From: a virus | Taxonomy: Duplodnaviria; Caudoviricetes | Virus record (IMG/VR): IMGVR_UViG_3300044898_000016 | Location: 9,868-73,867 of that record | Reading direction: 5' to 3' (one strand) | DNA: 64,000 nt | Shown here: one piece after another, positions 17,085 to 27,500 of the stretch | Layout: the number at the start of each line of letters is the position of its first letter | Position numbering within the stretch: position 1 is the stretch's first letter | Position numbers and translations under genes: made by a program | The notes under the pieces: model-generated | The model's input: only the letters and a program-made list of their open reading frames with translations | What the model was told of the DNA's origin: nothing | Database searches by the model: none

Positions 17085-17169
17085 GATGTGGGAATACAGC
17101 TTGTTAAATTGAAGGGCGTGTCGCCTTGCAGGTTAAGCGCCCTATTCAAATCTGAGGTAATACGAGTGA

Positions 17170-17622
17170 ATGAGCGGAGAGATCGACCCGACTGCGAATG
17201 TGATCGCACTCAACGAGGCCGCAAACAAGCGGCAGGACGATTTGCGTCAGGCGGCAGAAAAGCTCACCGACTCCAAGATCGCAGATCTTGACAAGCGTAT
17301 TACAACCAGCGCGAATCATCAGCGAGAACTAGCGAAAGCTGAAGCTGCGCGACTAGACTCGATTAGAGCGGTAGACAGGGAAGAATTGGTTAAGACCGCG
17401 CGCGCCGTGGTTGATACGACAGAGGCTATACGCAAGCAACAAGAAGCCACGACTAGCGAGCAAAACAAGCGATTGCTGGCATTAGAGTTGGGACAGTCAG
17501 CATCGGGCGCGGGCACCGCAGGCGAAAAGAGCGGACGGCTATCACAGCAAGACTTGATCAAGTATGTGATCTATTTGATTTTGGCGGCAATTCTGATTGC
17601 AGGCTACTTGAAAAAAGGTTGA
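17170..17622 (+). CDS. Coiled-coil protein with C-terminal TM helix
   Basis: GAGG SD, long helix, YVIYLILAAILIAGYL-KK. Confidence 0.7.
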   Translation: MSGEIDPTANVIALNEAANKRQDDLRQAAEKLTDSKIADLDKRITTSANHQRELAKAEAARLDSIRAVDREELVKTARAVVDTTEAIRKQQEATTSEQNKRLLALELGQSASGAGTAGEKSGRLSQQDLIKYVIYLILAAILIAGYLKKG

Positions 17623-17753
17623 AAGAGGTGAGGCCACGCCCGAAAACGTGACCTCGACCGTCCATAGCCCGAGTTGGAGGGCAATACTGAAACAAGGAAA
17701 GATGTCGAGGATCGCAACCCTTCAATGAACGCTGATTTTGTAAGATTGTTCGC

Positions 17754-18143
17754 ATGAGTCATCCAGCAACCAATGTACGACTTATTCGCAGCATGCCAAA
17801 AATTGACGCCTCAAAAGGCTTGCTTAGTTTCCTGCAACGCCATTTTTCGCCACAATCGGAGGTGCAGATGGTAGCAGCCTCGCAATCGAAGGGGATCTTT
17901 CTTCCCTACCCACTGCTCGGAATCGTAATGACAATCGGGATTGTGGCCCTAAGCGGCATCATCGCGCTGGAGGTCCAAGTGTCAAACTTGAGCACTCAGA
18001 TTCTTTTGAGAGATGCAGACCAACGAGCGGCCAATCAGATTTCATCCGACAAGCTTTCAACGCTTGAGGTCTATCTACACAATGACCGAGAGCGAATAAT
18101 CAAGCTTGAGGCTGAGAAGGAAGTAATAGACAGAAAGAGGTAG
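17754..18143 (+). CDS. TM + coiled-coil membrane protein
   Basis: LLGIVMTIGIVALSGIIAL followed by heptads. Confidence 0.65.
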   Translation: MSHPATNVRLIRSMPKIDASKGLLSFLQRHFSPQSEVQMVAASQSKGIFLPYPLLGIVMTIGIVALSGIIALEVQVSNLSTQILLRDADQRAANQISSDKLSTLEVYLHNDRERIIKLEAEKEVIDRKR

Positions 18144-18148
18144 ATACG

Positions 18149-18400
18149 ATGCCCGACCCCGAACCGCAGCCTTGCCCCGCCTGTGACACGAAAATCATCC
18201 TAAATGGCGACGTGACGGCCCGCGTTCTCGATTCGATCTGTGAGCGTATTGATAAGTTTGTCGCCGATGGCCACAAGTTCCCTGACGCGCTAAAACTTGT
18301 AAACATGGCAAACAAGCTAGAGGATGATGCCTTTGCTTTCGCCAAGGAAGTAATGAAGCAGATCGGGTTTCAAGGGCCGTGGCCAAAGAGCATGAGTTAG
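18149..18400 (+). CDS. Hypothetical protein whose C-terminus is duplicated beyond the adjacent HNH gene
   Basis: GAGG SD; ends NKLEDDAFAFAKEVMKQIGFQGPWPKSMS*. The stop overlaps the HNH stop (TTAG). Confidence 0.7.
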   Translation: MPDPEPQPCPACDTKIILNGDVTARVLDSICERIDKFVADGHKFPDALKLVNMANKLEDDAFAFAKEVMKQIGFQGPWPKSMS

Positions 18401-19011
18401 AACGGCGTGGTCATCGTGCGCTCAATAGTCCATCCGCGCCGAAGTCGAGACGAGAGAGAATGAGAGTTGACGCCCATCTCGACCGCCCAATCATGAACTA
18501 CTTGAGTCTTACCGTTCCATGTAATTGAAATGTTTCGTCGTGTGTTTCTGGTTTGTATATCATTCGTGGCCCAGACGCAGTTGCTCTTTGAATAGCCCAG
18601 ATTGTTGTTTGTGCGTTCGAGGGAATGCCGATTAGAAGGGCGCAGGCCCATGTCGGCAAAGAATCCCTCGAAGGACTGCCATTTATCGCAAACGAGAATG
18701 CCGCGCTCGCCATAATCCGCATAGCTGGGATTGTTCGGGTTGCCGCATCTTTGGATCATGTGAGCCCATGCGGTGTATTCAGGCGTAAAGCTCATGCCGT
18801 GTCGCTTGCGGTTGTCGCTCTTTGTACCGCACTTGCCACAGGAAATGCTCGTACCATTTCGCAGGGTTGCGCCGCTCACGGTCTTTACGGTTCCGCACTG
18901 GCAGCGACAGTTCCAGTAGCCAACCTTGGAATTGCCTTTGTAAACCGAGTGCGAAAAATTAATAACGCACCAGCGCCCATACTCTTTGTTCGTCAGGTCA
19001 ATGCGTGCCAT
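18397..19011 (-). CDS. Free-standing HNH homing endonuclease (antisense, predicted leaderless)
   Basis: WNCRCQCG...SCGKC, HGMSFTPEY..W..MIQRC, YGERGILVCDKW, SLERTNNNLGYSKSNCVWA; TGTTATACT ends 7 nt upstream of the ATG. Confidence 0.9.
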   Translation of the reverse strand: MARIDLTNKEYGRWCVINFSHSVYKGNSKVGYWNCRCQCGTVKTVSGATLRNGTSISCGKCGTKSDNRKRHGMSFTPEYTAWAHMIQRCGNPNNPSYADYGERGILVCDKWQSFEGFFADMGLRPSNRHSLERTNNNLGYSKSNCVWATNDIQTRNTRRNISITWNGKTQVVHDWAVEMGVNSHSLSSRLRRGWTIERTMTTPF

Positions 19012-19086
19012 ATATTGAAGTATAACACAAGCGGCTAGAAACAGATAGTTATTTTAATTCCTGGTATTTCAAAGGAGTTACTTCTA

Positions 19087-19176
19087 AACAAGATGGAAGA
19101 CGAAGCGTGCCAAGTTCAAAAGATGATCCTCAAAGGGATTCATTACGACGGGCCAACGGGTAAGATGCTGGTTTAG
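19087..19176 (+). pseudogene. Orphaned C-terminal relic of the 18149..18400 gene
   Basis: NKMEDEACQVQKMILKGIHYDGPTGKMLV*; 11/29 identical, ungapped, with the stop at the same aligned position. Confidence 0.75.
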
Positions 19177-19190
19177 TAAACGGACACACA

Positions 19191-19760
19191 ATGATTTCAC
19201 TAGCCCCACGCAGGGCGCGCAAGTTCGCGGCTAAGTTGGTTTCAAACGGCTTCAATGCCGGGCAAGCCGTAATTGACTGTGGATTGACCAAGAACCGCAA
19301 TTCTGCGTATGTAACCGGCCACCGACTGCTAAAACATGCTAAGGTTAAGGAAGCAATCGAGCAACACCTTATGTCTGCCAAAATCTCTGCCGATGAAATC
19401 CTCGAAGAACTCTCCGTGATGGCTCGCGCTCCGGTTGAGAAAGTATCTGAAGCCGGAAAGTTAAAAGCCTTGGAACTTTCAGGGAAAGCGCAGAGACTCT
19501 TTGTTGATAAGGTTGAATCCACCGACACAACTGAACGCGATGCAACTGTTATAGCGATAACCGATTCGATTGACCGTGCGGCGCAGAGGTCTAATGTTTC
19601 TACCGACTTGGCAGCGATTCATCTTTTTAATCTACTTGATGAGTCTTCACCGGCCAGGGATTTAGCGCATTGGGGAAAGTATCGTGGAGTGATTGAGGCT
19701 GACTTAGCGGAAAAGGCCCACAAAACAGCGGAACCTGATGAAGTTGGCGGGGAGATGTAA
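19191..19760 (+). CDS. terS: Terminase small subunit
   Basis: RARKFAAKLVSNGFNAGQAVIDCG...GHRLLKHAKVKEAI...ADEILEEL...KLKALELSGK, the typical TerS HTH and oligomerisation pattern. Confidence 0.85.
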   Translation: MISLAPRRARKFAAKLVSNGFNAGQAVIDCGLTKNRNSAYVTGHRLLKHAKVKEAIEQHLMSAKISADEILEELSVMARAPVEKVSEAGKLKALELSGKAQRLFVDKVESTDTTERDATVIAITDSIDRAAQRSNVSTDLAAIHLFNLLDESSPARDLAHWGKYRGVIEADLAEKAHKTAEPDEVGGEM

Positions 19761-19765
19761 AAAAT

Positions 19766-19950
19766 TGAGCGACGAAATCTTTGACTACTTACTACGGACA
19801 ACCCCGCCTGACGAGCTAAAGCGTCAGTGGAAACAAGCGCAACGCGGAATGGGGTGGTTGCTCTGGCGAGACAAACATCCGAAGTGGGCGGGGTTTATTG
19901 ACGGAGCATGTTGGGCTGCGATGGCGCTGTTGCCGAGAGGAATTCACTAA
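19766..19950 (+). CDS. Hypothetical protein
   Basis: TTG start within ORF 19738..19950, abutting the next gene. Confidence 0.5.
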
Positions 19951-21270
19951 ATGGCAACCGATCCAACCGATCCACGCCTTCAGAAACTGCTCGACGCAAT
20001 GCGCAACTCTGTTGCGACCACCGATACATCTGTGCCGAGCAATCAGGTTGAGCAGCTAGCCCCCGCCACGCTCCCAATGGCCGGTGGACTGAGATTACCG
20101 GCACCGACTACTAATGATGGCACGGATGCACCCGCGTTACCGGATCGCGGGGCACCGCCTCCGGTTGCCCCTCATCCGCGTATTGGAGTGAGTTTCAAAG
20201 GGCTAACAGGTATCGATAAGTCTCTCGCCGATCTCGCTGTGAATAGAGAAGCCGCGCAGCAATTCCCATCGTCCAAGGTTGTAGATGGTGAGATATTGCC
20301 TCCTAAGATGCATCACGGATTAGGTGATCGTCTAAAATCCATCGGGCGTACAGCAGTCCTCGGTATGGGTGATATAGCGAGGAGCAATCCTAACGCCTCG
20401 ACGGGTCAATTGCTTGGCGCTGGTGCGGCTGGTGCAGCGACTGGCGGCGTCTCTCCGGTTACAGGTGATGCAATGCTACGCCGAGCACAGGTACAGCAGC
20501 AGGAGGGTGATGTAGGCCGTCAACTGGACATCGCCAAAGACAACGGACAGGTGAATGCGATTAACGCAGAGCCGGGGTTGAAAGCGGAAAAGATTCGCGT
20601 GGACCAGGAGATTGCTAATCAAAAAGCAGCACAAGAGGCAGCTACGGAATCTGATCGCACTGCTCGCGCGGATGCGGCGACTAAGGCCAGTGCATTACGT
20701 GACGCTGAACTTGCTCGTCACCACAAAGAGAATGAGCGACTCGGGGGAATTAGGGCCAATAAGATGCCCACCACTCGTGGCGAAGAAACACCTCAGCAAT
20801 ACCGTTCACGTCTCGGCCAATACCGTGCAGCAACCAAGGAACTCAACGATCTAACTGCACAAGAACAAGACGCAGCGCGACGTAAGGACGCCGCTTATGC
20901 TCGTGCGTCGTCGCTCAAGAATTGGATGAATAGTAAAACCAACGATGAACAGGGTAATCCAGTTTATGGAGCGGACGTAACCGCAGCAGAGGAAGCGGCG
21001 CGTGCGGCTGAGAATCGCTGGCAGAGTTATGCAGAGAAGTTGACGGGCGCAAAGGCTAAGTTGGTTCAGTATGGAGACGTGGACGAATCAGGGAATCCGA
21101 GCGAGCCGAAACAGGCTGCGCCGCAAACCGTTGGCCCGTCACCCGCACAACCTGAGACTCGCAAGGGTTCAATTACTAAAGCGCAACAGCAACTTTGGTT
21201 ATCTCATAATCCGGGTAAGTCACTTGACGATATGAAGGTGTTATATCCTAATGCGGTGATGGTGAATTGA
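19951..21270 (+). CDS. Probable internal virion / DNA-ejection protein
   Basis: Ala/Gln-rich helical protein with a Gly-rich hydrophobic segment (LLGAGAAGAATGG); lies next to the giant transglycosylase protein. Confidence 0.55.
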   Translation: MATDPTDPRLQKLLDAMRNSVATTDTSVPSNQVEQLAPATLPMAGGLRLPAPTTNDGTDAPALPDRGAPPPVAPHPRIGVSFKGLTGIDKSLADLAVNREAAQQFPSSKVVDGEILPPKMHHGLGDRLKSIGRTAVLGMGDIARSNPNASTGQLLGAGAAGAATGGVSPVTGDAMLRRAQVQQQEGDVGRQLDIAKDNGQVNAINAEPGLKAEKIRVDQEIANQKAAQEAATESDRTARADAATKASALRDAELARHHKENERLGGIRANKMPTTRGEETPQQYRSRLGQYRAATKELNDLTAQEQDAARRKDAAYARASSLKNWMNSKTNDEQGNPVYGADVTAAEEAARAAENRWQSYAEKLTGAKAKLVQYGDVDESGNPSEPKQAAPQTVGPSPAQPETRKGSITKAQQQLWLSHNPGKSLDDMKVLYPNAVMVN

Positions 21271-21512
21271 TGTTTCAAACATGGGAAGATAAGAAGCGAG
21301 AGACGTTTGATCGCGATGGCTCTGCGCTAGTTCTAAGGGTGGGAATGAAAACTGCTGTCCATATCAAGAATTTGTCCTACGAATGTAGTAGCGACCCGAA
21401 CCACTTTAATGAACGTATGTGGTCAGAAGGGCTAACCCAAATACTGGGCTACCATCTTCCGCGTTTGCAAGACGGCGAAACCTACAAGATGGTTATAGTA
21501 GATGCCCATTGA
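21267..21512 (+). CDS. Hypothetical protein (AT-richer insert between ejection-type genes)
   Basis: 81 aa, overlaps both neighbours; 23/60 GC in line 21361-21420. Confidence 0.55.
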   Translation: MMFQTWEDKKRETFDRDGSALVLRVGMKTAVHIKNLSYECSSDPNHFNERMWSEGLTQILGYHLPRLQDGETYKMVIVDAH

Positions 21513-24500
21513 CGGCAACGAAGATCCCTATTTCACTCCCGATCCTTCCCCTGCTCCACGGCGGGGTGTAACCAATAACTATGACGAGATAATTGACCGG
21601 CACGCAGCGCGTACAGGGCTGGATGCGAATCTGGTTCGTGCGGTGATCGGCCATGAATCCGGCGGCAATCGCGTAGCGGTATCGCCCAAGGGCGCGCGAG
21701 GGCTTGGTCAGTTGATGCCGGCGACGGCAGCGAGGTTTGGAGTGAAGGACGTTAACGATCCTGAGCAGAACATTCGTGGCGCTACTGACTATTTGAAGTT
21801 TTTGACCGACCGCTACAAGGGCGACACGGATAAGGTACTGGCGGGTTATAACGCGGGAGAAGGGAATGTTGATAAATACGGCGGCATCCCACCTTTCAAA
21901 GAGACTCAAAACTATGTTCCTGCGGTAAAAGCGCGATACGTTAAGCTCACAGGTCAGCAACCGCAATCGACTTCGCAAGACCCTTACTTTACGCCTGACA
22001 CAAAAGGGCAGAAGGCAGCGCAGCCAGCCACAACGGCAGACTCCTATTTCACTCCCGACGCTCAACCAGCTCAAGCGCTAAGCACAGGCAAAGGCGCGGT
22101 TCGGCCCGTCTCTGCTCCTGTACGTCGATTTGGTGGTGGACAAGTGAAACCGATGGCCCCTCGAAGTCTAACCACAAACGATGCTGCATGGCACTTCGGC
22201 ATGACGCCGGACGAGGCGCGAACGATGAGTCCAAAGGCTGCTCAGGTATTACAAGCAGCGGTTGCGGATGATGCGCGCAAGAAAGCGGCGGGACAGGCGA
22301 TCACCGCACCGCCCTTAGCCTATCAAAACCAGATGCGGGCGCAGGCCGGACTAAAACCCCTGCAATACAACATGCCGACGCAAACGGACGCACGAGCTCC
22401 CTACTTCAAGCCAGAGGTCGGTTCTCTCAATATAGACAGGCCGATTGTCGTCAGAGAACCACGTTCAGGTTTCACTACTAATCCCCAGAACGACGATCAG
22501 ATGAGACTGGCTATTCGCGCTCAAGTAGCAAAGGAAATGCGGCCCGACGATCAACGGTTACTTGACAGCGGAGAAGGACGTAGCGCGGAGATTGACGCAG
22601 AGACGAATCGAAGACTTGCCGAGATTAAATCAACGCAAGCTCGTGAGGCATCGCAGATACAGACAGGGCCAAGTGCTCAGGCTGCTCCCGACAGTACAGT
22701 TTCGGATCGACTGAAACAGATACTTGGAACTACCGTTCCTGCAATTGGATTAACTCAAGGGCTGAATCTGAATCAGCGTGACCAGCAACGGCTGAATGAC
22801 ATTATCGACAAGTACGCGCCGGGAGTTGCAGCACTGGATACGCCTGAAGGCATCAAAACTGACCTTCCGCGCGGCTTAATCCACGGTGCGACATTAGGAG
22901 CGGTTGGGCGACCTAAGCCGACTGATAGTAAGGAAGAGGTACTCCCCGGCATGACGCGGTTTGGATTTGGTGAGACGGCGGGTTCACTCGTTCCTCTCGC
23001 CGCAACGGAAGGGTTATTACCAGAGGGTCTAGCTCCAGCAGTGCGCACTGCTGCGACGTTCGGAGTGACGGGAGCAGGACGACAGGCCGTAAACGCCGCC
23101 GAAGGGCGTCCGGTTGACCTTAAAGCTCCATTAGTTGACGCTGCGCTTGGCTTGGTGATGGGTAGGTTATCTGGGGCTGATCCATCGATGCTGAGACGGG
23201 CAGCCGCTTACGTTGCGCCGGGATTGGCACTTGATATTGCACAGGGATCGAGCAAGGAAGACGCAGCACACAGAGCGTTGGTGAACCTAGGGTTTGCCGT
23301 TAGTGGAGGCGGGAAGGAATCGCCAGCCGAATCTGAAGCCGACCCACGCCCAGCCAGCATTGCTCCTGTAATTGCCGATGCTCGCGCTGAACGAGTGGCA
23401 GATGCAACACAAGGCGCACAACCGTTAGAAACAATTGATCCTAAACTGGCACGTACCGCGCTGGGAACGGCGCTAGCACAGAGGGGTGGAAATGAAGTTA
23501 ACGACACAGGAAGCCGAAGCGATGTTTTGGCGGAACCAGATGCAGTTGGCAGTATCAGAACGTCGTCCAATACCAGAGCAACACCCGAGGCAAGCGTGGT
23601 GGACTCGCCTGGATCCGCCAACCCAATCATCCGCCACTCCGATCCCCGAATCGACGGCGGCGAAGTCATTGGACGAACGGGAGACGGAAAGCTAAAGGTT
23701 CAAAATAACGAAGGCGGCGTTTCAGTAGTGCAAGATCCACGGCGACAGGGAAACCGTGAGGCCGCGATAGTACGAAGCCCGCCAATAGAACAAGCATCAG
23801 AACCCGCGCCCGCAGAACCTGCTAGTCAACCTGCTCTAGTCACACCAGAAGGGGGCGGATCGTCGCCCTCCACGCCTGAGATTGTGAAGCCGTGGGAAAT
23901 GACACGCTCTCAAATTGAGGATGAGTATCAGCGCAAGAAGGCTGAAGACGACAACTTGGAGGAGTCGATCTTAGGGCCAGAATTGGCGAAGCGATATGCG
24001 CGCCTTCAGCGTTCTGCGAATAGTTCTTATGACACCGAGAAGGCCAATCGCGCCAGCGATGAGATTGAGAAGATCGAAGCGTCATTGTCAGAACGTGATC
24101 GCAATCGTCTCTATGGCATTGGCGAAGAAGGGCCGCAGGTCGATGAACTGAAGGACTATCGGCAATCGCTTGGCAATCTGGACGATCACGATCCACGGTC
24201 ACTTGCCGAGAGTATGCGGTGGGCCGTGAGTCGCGTTGGGAGAGAAACCGATCCGGCGAAAATGACGCATGAGCAGCGCGTTGCCTACGGCACTCTGCGC
24301 GAGGCAGCACGGATCGCTTACGAGAACGGTTGGGATACGCAGGCTATTTCACGGGAAGCAGTGAAGGCAGCAGCGGGGCGATTTGCCGATCCTGAAGATG
24401 CTGCATTTATGCTTGATAGGTTCATCAAGAAAGACCCGCAGACGACTACGCCGCAACGAAAACAGATTGCTCAGGTCGCCTCGCCTTTAGTATCCGAAGA

Positions 24501-27500
24501 AGCGAAAGAGCCAATAGTACGAGTTGCTGAGGATCGTGATTTGTCTAAGTATCCGCTCACTCCCTATGAAAAGATTGCAGCGGAAATTACCGCTACTCTG
24601 CCTGCTCCCAAAGAAGGATATACGAGATTATACCGAGGTAAAGGGACTGGCAGGCTAAGTGGGCTAAGTAAACCTCGCACGGGCTATCCGGGTCAATGGT
24701 TTGATGTCAACCCAAAGGGTGCTGCTCTCTACGGAGTCACAAGAGAAGGCGAAATTAAATCTCTTAGTTATGTGGATATTCCAACCACCGAGATTAGTAA
24801 ATATCACGCTCTTGATATTGAGTTGCCAGTGGAAGAATTAAACAGAGGGGTCACGCCGGGGGAGTATGTTCTACCAAAAGAGATCGCGTCACAATCTAAG
24901 GAGATTAAGCTGAAAGGTGTCGATCCTGAAATAGTACGCGATCAAACTTTGAACCAAGGCTATATCTCCCCTACTCAGGAAGAAGCTAAATCTCCCCAAC
25001 CTAAAGAGGTCGTACCACTAGATAGGGCTGAACCTCAGATCGTACAGCCTGAGAGCGGGGCCAGTGAGCCGTATTTTACTCCCGAGAGGAATATCGATGG
25101 ACGAAATATCAACGCATCTGCCAATGCTAACGGTGCAACTGAAGGAACCACTGATAATTCACTGGCCTCCACGACCTCTGCCCGCAAAGCCCAAGTAGAT
25201 GCAGAGCGTGAGTCTCGTGGTGCGGAACCGCTACCTTGGAGTCCGAAAACTAAATCCGACGCTGAGCTTCTTGATTCCGCGAAACAAGCGAACGATTCCA
25301 ATCCCGATCAGCCGCGCAGGATAGTCCAAGAGGTATTAACTAAACCTCGCGCGCTTAGCGACAAGGAAACCGTTCAACTCGATCTCCATAAGCAGCAGTT
25401 AAAGAACGAGCACGCCGCGTTGCTTAATGAAATAGCCAAAACTTCCGATCCCGAGAAGCTAGCCACACAACGTGCTCAACTCGATTCAATTGAACGCGAT
25501 TTCGATGCGGTAGATCGTGCGTGGCGGGCGTCCGGCACTGAGAAGGGGCGCGGATTACGCTCTCAGCAGACCACTATTAACCAAGATTATGATCTTGTCT
25601 CAATGGTGACACGGTATAAGGCAGCGGTAGGCAAAGAGCCATCACCAGAGATTCGCACACAAATCGAAGGCTATCAGAAGCGTATTGCTGAACTGGAAGC
25701 GAACGCCACTAAAGCCACGAGCAAACGTGCGCTCGATGCCATTCAACGCGAAGTACGGGCGCAGGGGCGTGCTCGGACGCGCACGGTGTTGGATGCTGAG
25801 GCCGCAACGCTCAAACAAGGCATGGCAGCGGAGTTTGCGCGGCTTAAAACTGAACGCAGCAAAGGGCAATACACGTCGTTAGGTGGATTGGGTTCGCTTG
25901 ATCCTGAGGGAGTGATCACTAAACTCGCCCTCAAGTACGCACGTAATCGATTTGAGGCAGGGGTGAATACTGTCGAAGGGTTGACCGATGAAGTTCACTC
26001 GGCACTCAAAGATTTCGTGGACGTGAGTAAGCGTGACGTGGCGGCGATGATTTCAGGGTACGGACGGCAAGGAGTGGATAAGCGGAGCGAGTTGACGAAA
26101 CAACTATCCGCACTCAAGACCGATATGCGGCGCGAGTTGGCGGCTGCTGATGGCCCGAAACAGGGGCCGCGTAAGCCGTCCCCCGCTGGGCCACGCGAAA
26201 CGAAACAGATCATCCATCGTCGTTATGACAAGCAAATGGCCGAAGTTGTGCAGCAGATCGCTGCACTTGACGCTGGTACATACCAACCTAAACAACCACG
26301 CGGCGCGACAGTGTTAGACCGTGAAACTGAAGCGTCCAAGGTGGCCGTCGAACGCGCTAAGCAAGACTTTCAGATCAAACTTCGTAAGTGGCAGGATGAA
26401 CAGCGGAGTAGTTTTGACAAGGGACGCGATCTACTCACCAAAGTACGACGGTCAGTCGTACTGTCCAGTACGCAGGTGCTCGGCAAGCTCACTCGTGCAG
26501 CAGTTGAGCGCATGGCAGTGTCACCCGGAGAGGAGATGATCGGTGCGGCACTCAATCGCGTTCCCGGCATCAATCGCATCACTCGTCAAGCCCCCGTGGA
26601 GCACGGTAGTAGTCTCACTAACACGATCCGTATTGAAGCGAAAGTAGCGGCATCTGAGATTCGCGCACTCATGGATATTACTAATCCTAACGGTGAGATT
26701 CGCCAAGTGTTGCGCACGGGCCGCTCATCCAGTGACGTGAAACAAGGGGAAAAGAATTACGGGGAAGCGAGTCTTCTTGGCCTCTCGGGTCGCATCCACG
26801 CGGCACTAAAAACCGTTCCTCGTCTCGGTGGGGAGGTGCGTGGTATGGAGAAGTATTTAGAGTCAGTGAAACGTGATGACCCCACTGCCGACTTACACGA
26901 TCCTCGTACTATTGCACTCGCTGAAGGCGCGGGATACCTTGCGGGAAAGCGCCAAATCCTCATGCAGGACAATTCGGCTGCTGATTGGGTGAAAGAATCA
27001 GTCGCTAGTCTTAATCGCAAGGGCGTACCGGGGAAGGTCGCCGCTACTGCTACCGACATCGCCATGCCGATTAAGCGCGTGCCATTGAACTACGTCACAG
27101 AGTCGCTTAACTATGCTTTACCTGGGGCGCGGGCTGGATTAGGCATTGCTCGTGCGCTTAAGCAGGGTAATCTGATGAGCCTTGAGCCGGCAGAGGCGGA
27201 CGCAATAACCAGATCGCTAAAAAAGGCTGGTCCCGGTGCGGCGATGCTGCTGTGGGGGTATTTTAGCCCCCAAACTTTTGGCGGATATTACCATCCCGGT
27301 AAACGCGATGAGAGGGATCCGCAGTTTGGTGGAATGAAACTGTTTGGGCGTAACATCCCTCGGTTTCTGTCGCATAGTCCGCTGTTAGAAGCCGCGCAAA
27401 TCGGCGCAACGATTCGCCAGACTATTGACGGGCTACAAGAGTCAGGAGCGTCCAAAGGGAAGTTGAGCAACGCTACCGCAGGTATTGGACAAGCGGCCAA

